Origin: Heterodontus francisci
Taxonomy: Eukaryota
Assembly (NCBI RefSeq): GCF_036365525.1
Contig: NC_090404.1
Location: 5,456,001-5,520,000 of the forward strand
Reading direction: 5' to 3'
Length of the DNA stretch: 64,000 bases
A program made the position numbers and the translations under genes. The notes below the pieces were generated by a model that was not told the origin of the DNA, did not search any database, and saw nothing but the letters and a program-made list of their open reading frames with translations. Shown here in pieces: positions 37,054 through 49,314 of the stretch (its first letter is position 1; each line of letters starts with the position of its first letter).

Positions 37054-40000
37054 CTGCAGAATGAAAATATGATATCATTATGTCGTTAGTTGCTGTTTAC
37101 CCGGAGACACTTGTCAATCACAGACAGAGCTCTGCCTTCCGCGGTAATGCTGTTCTTCATTTGAAGTCCGTTCGAACTTTCTTAATTTTTACTGGGAAGA
37201 TTATTCATACAGAGTGCTGTTATGACCCGCAATGCGCTGCCTGGAAAGGCAGTGGAAGCGGATTCAATAATAGGGAATTGGATTGTTAATGGAGATGGAA
37301 GAATTATCAGGGCTATGGGGAACGAGCAGGGCAATGGAACTATTTGACTATCTCTTTCACAGAGCCGGCACGGGAAAGATGGACCGAATGACTTCATTCT
37401 GTGCTCTATCAGACTCAAGTTTCTATGACATTTCTGTTTCTAATTTCTTTGTGAAAGACAGACAGTCGAAACATTCAATAGAATATTCTCGGCCTCACGG
37501 AGACAATCACCAGAAAGCAGTGAGATTCATGAACATGGTGGAGCCAAGTGATGCTTAACATCTGTATTTAAGGAGATCAGAATTTAATTGTAGTTTCACT
37601 CTTCAACAGAGTTTTTGTCTCCCTGAAGCTCTATTTGTTTGCGTTTTTCACAATAAGGGTACTGTTTTGTCCCGTTTCCCTTTACTTGCTAGTTTATACT
37701 GGTATTTTCATTTTACTTCTAAATCTGGGTCACTCAATTGTTTGCGGTTTTTGTCATCGTGAGAACTTGTCCCAAAGTCTCTCAGTTGTCGGTTGGGTTC
37801 AGTTTGTGCAGTTTCCGCAGTGGTTTAACTGTTACTCACTGGGAACTGGCTCTTCCGGCTCTCTGATATTTTCAATTCGTACAACCCATTGGCTGAGTAG
37901 CTATCCTGTTCACAAAGCAGAGTTTCTCTCATTTTAATATTGTACAGACTCTGCAGAATAGGAACAGGCCATTCGGCTCAACTGGCCTATGTCTGATTTT
38001 ATACTCCACAGGAGCCACCTCCCACTTTAATAACCTTTTCCCATCCTGACCTCTTTGTCCCTTTATTCCTTTCTCCCTGATATATTTTTCAAGCCTCCCC
38101 TAAAGTACACCAATGCCATATTCTCCAACCACTCACTGTGACAGCGAGTTCCACGTTCTGTCTTCTATTTGTGTAAATAAATTCTCCCTAATGTCTTTAT
38201 TTGTTCAGTAAATTAATATCTTACATTTATGGCTCTTTGTTATCGGCCAGCTGATAACTGAAAACATTTTCTCCACCTGTACCCTGGCAAACAACTTTAG
38301 CAGGAGTAAAAGGATAGTTAATCAGAATGTCAGACACTGGGAATTGTTTTTCTCCAAGGATTAGAGCTGGGACCACTGCTGTTCACAATTTATATTAACG
38401 ATTTGAACTTCGGAATCAAAACATCAATTTTTAAATGTGTGGATCACAGAAAATTTTGGGTGCTGGGGTGGTGGAGGTGGGGCTGACGGTGGTGGGGGGA
38501 GGGGGGGGGTGTTGTTGCTGTGCTGGGAGGATGGGTGGTAGTCAATACTGAGGAGGACTGCAACAAATTACAGGAAGACATTAATGACCTTGCAGAATGG
38601 GCAAATAATTGGCAAATAATATTCAACACAGATAAATGTGAGATGATACTTTTTGGTAGGAGGTCACTAATCACTTGGAAGGTGCGAGTCCCGGTGGGGC
38701 AGAGGAACAAAGGGATCTCGGAGTACAGATGCACCAATTGCTAAAAGTTAAGCGATAGTTTAGCAAGGCCGTAAAAAAGCAAACAAGGCAATAGGCTTTA
38801 TTTTTAGAGAAATATAATTGAAAAGTAGGGAAGCTTTGATGAACTTGTATCGAACCTTGGTTAGACCACACTTAAGAGTATTGTGTGCAGTTCAGGTCGT
38901 CTTATTATAAAAAGGATTCGGAGGAACTTGGAAAGGGTGCGGAGAAGATTTACAAGATGATAACAGAAATGCGTGGGTCTACATATCAGAAAAGGATGAA
39001 GAGGCTGTGTCTTATTGCTCTTCAATAAAGAAGGTTGTGGGATAAACTAATGGAGATCTTCAAAATTATGGAAGTTTTGATAAAGTAGAGAATGTTTCCA
39101 CTTGTGGGCAGAAGTACAACTCGAGGCCATCGGTAAAAGATAGTCACCAATAAATCCAATAGGCAATTCAGAAGATGCTTCTTTACTCAGATAATGGGGA
39201 GAATGTGGAAATTGCTACCATGGGGCGTGGTTGAAGTGAATAGTATAGATGCATTTACAGGAAGCTAGATAAGCATATGGGGAAGACGGGATTTGCCAGT
39301 TACGATGATAGATTAGATGGTGAAAGATGGGAGGAGGCTTGAGTGAAGCATGAACACCAACATGAACTATTTGGGCCGAAAGGCCTGCTTCTTGTTTAGT
39401 TTAGAGATACAGCACTGAAACAGGCCCTTCGGCCCACCGAGTCTGTGCCGACCATCAACCACCCATTTATACTAATCCTACACTAATCCCATATTCCTAC
39501 CACATCCCCACCTGTCCCTATATTCCCCTACCACCTACCTATACTAGGGACAATTTATAATGGCCAATTTACCTACCAACCTGCAAGTCTTTTGGCGTGT
39601 GGGAGGAAACCGGAGCACCAGGAGGAAACCCACGCATAAACTATGTAAGCCTATGTATGTAATAATGTCACACTTTCCCGCAATATCCTCCTTCTGCCAC
39701 TTTCTTTCCCAGTCACTTAACCTATCTTTGTCTCTTTGCAGCGCGCTTGCACCCTCCTCACAACTTATTTTCCCACCTAGCTTTATATGATCAGCAAACT
39801 TGGATATACTATATTGGGTCCCTCATCGAAGTCATTGGTATAGATTGGAAATGACTAAGGCTCAAACTCCGATCGTACATAACGTTACTAGTTACACCCT
39901 GTTATCCCCAAAATGGTCTATTTATTCCTACTCTCTGTTTCCTGTCACTGAACAAATCCTAAATCTATGCTATTATAATACTCCTAATCCCATGAGCTCT

Positions 40001-42388
40001 ACTCCTGTGTAACAACCTGCTGTGTGGCACCTTATCGAATGCCTTCTGAAAATCCAAATATACTTCATCCACTGGTTCGTTTTTAACTACCCTTCTAGTG
40101 AAACCTCAAAAAAGACGAATAGATTTCTCAAGTATCATTTCTTGTTCATAAAGCCATGTTGATTCTGCATAATTTTATTATGATTTTCCGGTTGTCCTAT
40201 TACCATCTCCCATTTTTGTTATTATTTGGGATATTACTGATGGTAGCTGGCCTATATTTCTCTGTTGTCTCTGTCTCTCTTTTCTGGAGCAACGGGATAA
40301 CATTTTCTAAGTTCCGATCCACCGTTCCAGAATCTAGAGAATTCTGAGATCAAACCAATAATTTCATTCGCCCTTTTGAGACCCTAGGACCAGGCAATCA
40401 GTTCTAGGAGATGTGTAGCTTCTAGCCCCATTAATTTATTCAGCGTCTTTGTTATTAATATTAAATGCTTTAACTTCTTCACTTGGTTCTCCACAATTTC
40501 CATTATGTTCGTTGTGTCCTCGACTGGAAATGCAGACACAAAATATCGGAAGAGATTTTTTCTGTCTCTGCTTCTAAGAGGCCACGTTTACTTTCACTAC
40601 TCTCTTCCTTTTAACAAAATTGCAAAGGTTCTTACAATCTGTTTTCATTTTTCATGCTAGTTTACTGTCATATTTCATTTACTCCCTCTTCATCATTTTG
40701 TGGTCATTTTTTGCTGATTTTTAAAAGCCTCCTAATTTTCAGGTTTGCTACTCTGACAACATTGTAAGGTTCTCATTTGAATGTTACACGATCTTTAACT
40801 TCTCTAACTATACATGGCTATACCATTTTTCCAATGGAGTTGTCTATTCCGTAATGGAATGTATGTTCGTTGAGAATTGTAAATTATTTATTTAATTGTT
40901 TACAATTGTTCATTGAACATTATAGATTTTAATCTGGACTTCCAATCTAGCTCACCCTGCACTCCCTTCATAACTCCGTAATTGGCCTTTAAAAAAAAGA
41001 CCCCAGTGTCGGTGTTGACCACATTACGCTCAAATTGAAGATGACAGCTATCATCTTATGATCACTCTTCCCCAGAATATCCTTTACTTTCAGATAATGA
41101 ATTAATACAGTCTCGTGTCAAAGTACTAGATCTAAGATATTCAATTTCAAAATTACTTTCCGCAACATATTGTTCGAGAAAGGTGTCTCGAATGCAGTCT
41201 TGAAACTTATTCTCCCATCTACTTTTGTCAGTTTACTTTGCTCATTCTACATAGAGATTACAGGCCCCCATGATTATTGTATTCATCATGGTACATGCTC
41301 TTCTAACTTCCTGATTTATACTCTCTCTAACAACATGATTACTTTAAATGTGCTGATATTTTCTGCGCTTTGTTATTTCCTAGCTGCACCATACAGATTT
41401 TAGATCCTGACCTTTTGGTGTTAGATCCTTTCTCAATACTGCCTTTATCTCATCCTTTATTATCCGGCCTACCCGCTGTCTTTTTCATTTTGCCTAGTTT
41501 TTTCCCAAAAGTCAAGTACTCTTGTATATTTAGTTCCGAACTTTTGTCATTCTGTATCCATGTCTTAGTAATCCTACTAGATCAATTACATTGATCTGTA
41601 TTTGTGACATTAATCCATCTGTCGTCTTACAAATGCTTCGTGCATTCAGATGTAACGTCTTTCATTTTAGTGTTTTCCTATTTTTCCCTGATCTGGCCTT
41701 AGTCGTCCAGGGCCTATTACTCTCATAAATCCATCCATCACTTCCTGACTCAAACTGCTGGATTTCACCCAAATCGGTACTCAGCTCTACAGCCTTGACT
41801 TAGCTTTTCAAACTTGCTAAATTAGCATTGGGAATATACTATGTCCCCTATTTAACTGTCGGTATCAGACATGTGGCTGCAAGTGTCAAAGGAGCCGCTG
41901 CAGTGGTGGGCTCAGTTTCCCGATACCACATTCACACTGCCCATCCCGGAATGGAATATTCTGTCACCCTCTCCCATGCTCACAGGGACAGGCAGAGTTT
42001 ACTCAGTCACAGTGAAGAGGGTGAGCGGAGGCCGGAGTCTCGACAATCTGCACTCATTGAAATCAACTGTGGATCAGAGTGAGAAAGAGTTTGGGATGTT
42101 TTGGGGATCCTCCGAAGTCCACGCTAAACCAGCGATGGTCCAGATGAGGTCCGCACCCCACAGACTGCCTTCTCTGTGGGAATTTCTCCTCATGTCTCCA
42201 GACCCAAACCTGCACCCGACTCACGGTTCATAGTCTGCCCTGAATCTAAAACTGCAGTGGAAAATGTCCATTAGGAAACTGCTCTGTTTTATTTTCAAGA
42301 GATTGAGGTGATATTGTTCGCAATAATAAACTGAGGGTGAACATTCAGTCTGACAGTTAGCAGCATGGCAGGGTTTGCAGTCACTTAC

Positions 42389-42480
42389 CCGCTGTGACAG
42401 TCACCACTGTCCCGGATCCATCCACGTATTTAATCTTGAAACACAGTGATACCGCTCTCAGTCATCCTAGTGCAAGAACC
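42389..42480 (-). other. NAR-TCR J (42389-42441) with 23-RSS, cassette 2
   Basis: GGTTCTTGC-23-CACTGTG; FKIKYVDGSGTVVTVTA; GTAAGT donor. Confidence 0.9.
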
Positions 42481-42804
42481 ATCGACACCTCAATCTGCTG
42501 GTTACACATCACCAGACAGTCGGTGCTGCCCAATTATTCGAGGGATTTGAGACTAATAAACAATATTCCATGTTTCATATTCCCTGTCGATACCAACTGT
42601 TCTTTGTGAGACTCTGAGCTCTTGGTAAAATGGCGCAGGAACACGGGCCAGAGATGGACGCTTCATAGAAATGGAGAAAAATGTCAGAGAAAGATAATAG
42701 AAAGGAGAAAATTACAATAAAATGAAACCATATTACAGCGATAATAACATCAAACCTACAATTTAGCATCCGAGCCCTGGGAATTTCTATTTCAATTGTA
42801 TAGA

Positions 42805-42874
42805 GGTATTTGCTCAGGTCTCTCCCACTGTGGCCAGCCCAATAAACACTGTGCTTCAAGTCAGCATCAAATCC
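42805..42874 (-). other. NAR-TCR D (42833-42846) with 12/12 RSSs, cassette 2
   Basis: Identical to 4154-4223 in reverse complement. Confidence 0.88.
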
Positions 42875-43227
42875 CCCTGTACTTGGCGAGATGTGGGGAC
42901 AATTGTTAAAGGGTTCCCGGTTCCAGCTGTTAGAACAGGATCCCATCTGGTGTTAGGGATTTGTAACTGTGATCAGTCATTCCCAATTACCATTCACTGA
43001 CACCAATCCCGGCAATGGCGGCATCATCTGCACACATTCTGCATTAATATAACTCCAGATGTTACCTGGAAAATGCCAATCTCATTATAAACTAGATTGT
43101 GGTCTGACGGTGCGACACGGAACTGTGGGGCTTGACGGCAGATTCAATCCGCTTTTTAATAATTTGTTTCTGTGATAATCTGCAGTGAGAGATTTTGTAC
43201 CGCGGGAAGCCAAGGCCCATCACTGTG

Positions 43228-43702
43228 TGTCTTTGTACTCAGCTTTACAGTAATAGGTGGCGGTGTCTTCAACTCTCATATCCAGAATTTCTAGCGAAAA
43301 TGTCTTTTTTGCCTTATTCACAGACACATCAAATCGTCCTCCGTCCGAGATCGGTTCCTGCTCTGTCCTGGTCTGGGTTTGTCTGAAGAAATGTCCATTT
43401 TGGAAATAATGCCGTGAAATAGCAGAGGAAAACACACAGGTGATGGTGAGAGACTGACACTCCTTCCTGGTCACCGCTGCCGGGGTCTGTGTCACTGACT
43501 GACTGAAAGAGCCTGGAAATTAAACAGAGAGAGTTTAATGGGCCATCAGAGCCGAACCACACAACGGGTTAAAACCCGAGACAGTGTCTGTAATTCGGAT
43601 GGACTCGGGCAGCTTCATATTAAATCCACACAATGTCGGTTTGTTTGATCGGTACTCACGGGGTAAACAGACACACAGGGTGAAAACAAGGAGGATTCCC
43701 AT
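43228..43702 (-). CDS. NAR-TCR V segment, cassette 2; leader 43660-43702, V exon 43228-43512; RSS 43190-43227 (22-bp spacer)
   Basis: VTQTPAAVTRKECQSLTITCVFSSAISRHYFQNGHFFRQ...DTATYYCKA. Confidence 0.92.
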
Positions 43703-44303
43703 CGTTCTGCTGCCTGGAGCTGATGGTTGCTATGACGGGGAGCTGGAGACTGCAGCCCTGGACTGCTCTGGGAGACTGGACCTCAGAGCTGGACTGAAAT
43801 ACTTCAGGGGGATCGAGTTGCAGAGGGCAGTGTTCCGGAGATCTTTGATGGGCCGCACGGTTCCCGGGTGGCTGGCTGTGTGCTGTGTGAATGAGAGACA
43901 GGTTTAAAAAGGTTACTTGCAGTTTTCTCTCGCTTCATTGGGTCTATGAACTCGATGTGAAATTCCCTCCCACATTAGTCTGATGTACAGGGGGTGGGGC
44001 TGGGGGAGTTGTTCTGTCAGCAGAGGCTGCCGTCCTCCTTTCACCCACAGTAATGAGCTGGGAGGTCGGTGCATGTGTTTCTGTTGGGTGGTGTTTGTTG
44101 AGGGTGGAATGTGGGCCCAGGACACCGGGAGAATCCTCCCTTCCCGCTCTTATTCCAATAGTGCTGGGGATTCTTTAATATCTACAAATGGTCTCCAGGA
44201 ACCTTGGCTCAGCAGTTAATGGGCGACTCTGTGTGCGACCAGTATAATACTGGCAGAGATCAGCTTTTCCAAACAGATGCTGCAGGATGATTTCTGTGTG
44301 TTT

Positions 44304-44318
44304 GCTGCCATCTAATGG
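44304..44318 (-). promoter_or_regulatory. CTCF-like motif
   Basis: CCATTAGATGGCAGC. Confidence 0.45.
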
Positions 44319-45119
44319 AATAAATAAGAATTTCCTCCAGCATTTTTCCTTCAATCCGGAGAATTACGGTTTACCAGTTTCTTCTGCAAGACATTCTGAA
44401 GAACACGACACCCTAACGTTTGTGATAATTAAATAGTTGTAGTTAGTACAAGACAAAGCACAGTTAACACGTCATATTGCAAAGCATCTTACCGGCAATA
44501 GGTACAGCAGAAGAGACATTACCCGTTCCCTGTGGTAACAGTGTCGATCTCTTGCTCTGCACTGACTCAAGGTCGCATCTTTTACGTTTTTTGAGCTTTT
44601 ATGTGTTGCACATTTCATATTTTAGTTACATCTTGCCAAGTTGATAACATTTCAATGTCTTCAGGTTATTTTTTAAAAGTAATAATGAACATATTAAACC
44701 ATTGAACCATCGTGTAAATTATAACATCCTCTTTTGTGAGTCTGCGCGCCGTGTTCTAGTCTTTGCACAATGTCCTTTTCACGGTTTGTATCTCACTATC
44801 ACAACCTTTGGATACTTTTTGAATGGCCTTTTTGGATTCAGTCGGTCTTCTGACCTTCAGGTCCGATGCCTAGCACACACCACGTATGCCCTTACAAATC
44901 ATTAGTTCACGAATCATTATCCGTCAGCTTCTAATCCTGTCCTGAATATAACCGCTTAGAACCTGTTTATATTGTGGATTCTTACTTTTAATATGTGTAA
45001 GGATCTTTAGCATTAGGAAATATTTAATCATATTAGAATTATTAGGATCTTCCTCACCTGGCTTACCTCTGTTTACACTGTAGACTGACATTTTAAACCA
45101 AACATTATTTGTTCATTTA

Positions 45120-45822
45120 CAGTGGTTAGCAGTGCAGCCTCACAGCCCCAGGGACCTGGGTTCAATTCTGGGTACTGCCTGTGTGGAGTTTGCAAGTTCT
45201 CCCTGTGTCTGTGTGGGTTTCCTCCGGGTGCTCCGGTTTCCTCCCACATGCCAAAGACTTGCAGGTTGATAGGTAAATTGGCCATTATAAATTGTCCCTA
45301 GTTTAGGTAGGTGGTAGGGAAATATAGGGACAGGTGGGGATGTGGTAGGAATATGGAATTAGTGTAGGATTAGTATAAATGGGTGGTTGATGGTGGTTGA
45401 TGGTCTCCGTTATAAAGACGTCTGCAAACGCGACATGAAATCGTGTGACATTGATCACAAGTCGTGGGAGTCAGTTGCCAGCATTCGCCAGAGCTGGCGG
45501 GCAGCCATAAAGACAGGGCTAAATTGTGGCGAGTCGAAGAGACTTAGTAGTTGGCAAGAAAAAAGACAGAGGCGCAAGGGGAGAGCCAACTGTGCAACAG
45601 CCCCAACAAACAAATTTCTCTGCAGCACCTGTGGAAGAGCCTGTCACTCCAGAATTGGCCTTTATAGCCACTCCAGGCGCTGCTTCACAAACCACTGACC
45701 ACCTCCAGGCGCGTATCCATTGTCTCTCGAGATAAGGAGGCCCAAAAGAAAAGAAGATGGTCGGCACAGACTCGGTGGGCCGAAGGGCCTGTTTCAGTGC
45801 TATATCTCTAAACTAAACTAAA
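45120..45822 (+). mobile_element. HE1-like SINE interrupted by an RTE-clade LINE 3' fragment (~45405-45755)
   Basis: RYKDVCKRDMK...CSTCGRACHSRIGLYSHSRRC (RTE C-terminal zinc finger); direct repeat gatggtc on both sides. Confidence 0.85.
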
Positions 45823-46158
45823 TATCGGAAGTAGTGGTACACGGATATAACTAGTTCCAGGTCACCTGCTGGAGTTTGTATTCTCAATGTGAATGGCGAA
45901 TTCCCAGAGATACACAAATAAACAGCAGCCAATTCTGCCCTCACACAGTTAATGTGATAATCAGACTGAATCAGTGTTCGATGTGAATGATTTTAGATGG
46001 TGTTTATGTGGATTGTGCTCGGGTTCTGCCCGCACAGGAATGTATTCACGTGTCAGTGTGTGATCCGCTGTTATAAACAGCCCTCAGCAGACAGCAGCTG
46101 TGACCCAGAAACCTGCGGCACTTATTGTACGAGGCTGTAACTCGTTCCCATCACTGTG

Positions 46159-47192
46159 AGACTCGGTGCACAGTAATAGACCGCGGTGTCAGACAGCCGC
46201 AGCTCCGAGATGGTCAATCGGTACAACTTGTCTGACTGCTGGACTGTATCAGAAAACCGGTTCTGAGCGAAATCCGCCTTCAATTCATCACCGCCGCTCG
46301 TGTACCTCCGGACTGCAAACTCGGGCTGTCTGCCTGGGTATTGGCGGTACCAGAATAAGTAATAACCATCGCCGGGATAGGTGCAGGTTAAAGTGACATC
46401 TTCTCCCTCTGTCTGAGTGAGTGAGGATTCCCGCTGAATAACAGAATCTCCATCGCTCAGATCTGGAACACACGGTTAAAGAAAGCGAATATCAGCGACT
46501 AAAAGTTCAAAACGAACTGAACTGACGGTGAAGATTCGCAGTCAGAGATTCATAAAACTGAATAGAATTTGCAGCACAGGAAAGGTCATTCGGCCCAACT
46601 AGTCCATGCTAGGGTTCACACTCCTCACGAGCATCCTCCACCCCTCTTCATCTTACTCTATCAACATATCCTTTCATGCCTTCCTTCCCCATCTGTTTAT
46701 CTCGCTTCCCCTTAAATACATCAATGCTATTCACCATTGTCTGGGTGAAGAAGTTTCTCCTGAATTGCCTGGTGGATCTTTTGGTGACTCCTATATTTAT
46801 GATCTGTTGTTTTGGTATACTCCACAAGTGGAAACATCTTCTCCAGTTCTACCTATCGAACACCTTCATAATTTTAAAGACATCTATCAGATTTTCGAGA
46901 GAAAAGAGCCCCAGCCTGTACAATGTTTTCTGTCAGCTTTTATTTCTCTATTTGCCATCATCCTTGTAAATCGTTTTGGCATTATCTCCTTTGCCCCAAT
47001 ATCCTTGTTGTCATATGGCGACCAGAGCTGCTCACAATATCCCAATTGTGGTCGAACCAAGTTTGATGCAAGTTTCACATGAACACTCTGTTTTTCAAAT
47101 TTATTCCTCCAGAAATTAATCTCTTAGTAAAGTTTAAACTTCTTACCGACAATGACTGTGACCCAGAGCACGCCGAGAACGGGGAGCCGCAT
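46159..47192 (-). CDS. TCR alpha/delta V segment, open frame (not in the ORF track); leader 47147-47192, V exon 46159-46462
   Basis: MRLPVLGVLWVTVIV / DLSDGDSVIQRESSLTQTEGEDVTLTCTYPGDGYYLFWYRQYPGRQPEF...LSDTAVYYCAPS. RSS CACAGTG-23-ACAATAAGT at 46120-46158. The intron is enlarged by a CR1 fragment (~46560-47100). Confidence 0.9.
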
Positions 47193-47269
47193 TGCTGCTG
47201 CTCCGGAATTTCAGTGACTTTCTGTGTCTCAGAAACCTGCAGAACATCGAACGGAAAGTGCTGAGGCTG

Positions 47270-47350
47270 GTCAGACGTCACTTCCTGCAGAGCGTCAAAT
47301 AGAAAAAAAGCTGAGAGGATTGGCTCTGAGTGGTCTGATGTCACTTCCTT
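47270..47350 (-). promoter_or_regulatory. Putative V promoter: two ETS + CRE/decamer-like composite motifs
   Basis: GGAAGTGACGTCTGA and GGAAGTGACATCAGA on the minus strand, 80-160 bp upstream of the ATG; resembles the TCR V promoter CRE/decamer. Confidence 0.55.
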
Positions 47351-47992
47351 AACCACAAGTCCCTGTTTATTTCAGAGAATTGAGACATTGAAGTCGCATT
47401 CTGCTCATCAGAGCAACAGACTAATAAACGTGGACAGATGGATCTCGAATTGACCAGAGAGACAGTTTGATCTCCAATTGATCTGAGAGAAAGTTTTATC
47501 TTTGCTTGACCTGAAGGAAGTCCTCTCAAAGAAACAAAGAGAGGAGTTGAATGTAGATGAAGATGTTCAGTTTGTTTTAACGTCAGTGAGCTGGTTGACA
47601 GGGTTCGGATTTGATTAATTTTCAGCTGCAGATACACAAGAGGTAGATTTCGTCTGGTGTCTCTATGATAGTGACATATCAAACAGAACGGGAAAATGCA
47701 TGGGAAGTGAATTGGGGCAAACTTACAATTTACACCTATCACCCGGTAAGTTGGCCTATTAAACCTTGGCAGGTTTTCGCCTGTCGAATCTTCATTACAG
47801 AGTGAATGAAATCTGAAAGCTGACTCCTCAATTCGGAGTTAATGGGGAGCTGTCCTGCGGGACCATGCTTCCCGGAGAAAAACTGCCCAATTCAAAGCAT
47901 CGCAGAGCGGATGGTGTGGTCACACACGGTTCTAGTTTATCGCAGTGTGCTGAAGTTTTTGTGCAGGACGCACACAGAGCTGTGCAGCTGTG

Positions 47993-48434
47993 GGTTACAG
48001 AGCACAGTAATACACGGCGCTGTCTGACAGCTCCGCTCCAGAAACTCTCAGCTCAACCGCGCTCCCCTCTGCGCTCATCTCTGCTGTGAAACTGTCCTTG
48101 GCGAATTCGGCTGGGAAGGTGCCGAATTTGGTGATAAGCAACACGTTTACCGGAGCCCTTCCGGGAAGCTGCTGGTACCAGAAAAGGCGAGGCTCTGAAT
48201 GTGTTGTAAAACTACAATTCAACGTCACCACTCCTCCTTCCCGCACCGTCCTGGTCGAATGGTCTTGATGCACAGAATCGCCGCTAACGCTGTCGGCTGG
48301 AAGAGAAATTGAACATTTACAAATAGCCACCTCAGTAACCAGGCCTGTTAGTGTTTATTTGTAAACAGATTCCAACTGTACTTACACAGCACAGAGAGGG
48401 TTAAAGCCACGCTGAAATAAATAGGGAAAGACAT
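47993..48434 (-). CDS. TCR alpha/delta V segment with a stop codon 2 nt before the heptamer; leader 48386-48434, V exon 47993-48296
   Basis: MSFPIYFSVALTLSVL / SDSVSGDSVHQ...LNCSF...FWYQQ...LSDSAVYYCAL*; RSS CACAGCT-23-ACAAAAACT at 47954-47992. Confidence 0.85.
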
Positions 48435-49314
48435 CACTGTCCGCGGGTCACTGCGACACTTTCTGTACTGTGGCGAAAACCGCCTCCAGCACCGGAGCAG
48501 CCGCTGAGCTATTTAACCCTGTGACAGGGGCAGAAAGGGAACTGACTCTGCAGTCATGTCATATCCGTTTGTCACAACGTCACATCATCAGGGAACAGGA
48601 AGAATTGTTGTGGTTGCTGTGTGTGTAACAACATCAGAAATGTTTCAAGGAAGAGTTCTCTGGACAGTATTTCGAGTGAAATTGTAAACTCTTTAGTTTT
48701 CCAACAATTTAGTCTCAAACGGTGTATTTAAGGTTAGTTTAGAGAGGGGTCAAAGGAAACCATCGTGGAAAGATTTGCGATTCACTGTATTCAATGAGCA
48801 TGGAAATAATCCCCCTCACTTAGTTATTCAGTTCATTGCACATAGCAGAGGCATTTCACATTGACAGTACTGAGTAGCCCTTAGCGTTACCCGGGGACAG
48901 TAAATTATTTTTTAATCACTGAAAACGACAGAGAGTCTATGGGAAATCGCGCCAGAGCCACAATTGGCCAGAGGCTGAATGAAGCCAGTTTTCCTGGGTT
49001 GATGGCGCCCCTAGTCTCTCTTTAACTTCCCTTCTGAGCTCATTTCATAGCATCCTACTGCAATAGAGGAGGCCATTCGGTTCATCGTGCCTGTGCCGAC
49101 ACTTGATTCGTGACACTGCACTGCTCGTTCCCCACAGGCCTGTAAATTTGTTCTTTCCAAGTACATATCTCATTCGCTTCTGAGAATTCCTATTTCGACT
49201 GAAGGGCGTATTCTACAGAAGAATTGTGATAAGAGAGAGAGAGATAATGCAGCAGTTTAGTCCTCGGAAATTGCTCGGTGTTCTGAATGTGTGTGCCACT
49301 TTCTGTGGTAGTAT

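Larger units (their letters stand above)
34190..44183 (-). repeat. Right arm of the inverted duplication (NAR-TCR cassette 2)
   Basis: Reverse complement of ~2847-13005, including the same TE insertions. Confidence 0.95.

Noticed and set aside
49004-49018. Additional CTCF-like motif
   Set aside because: The core is one base short and the 5' half does not match.
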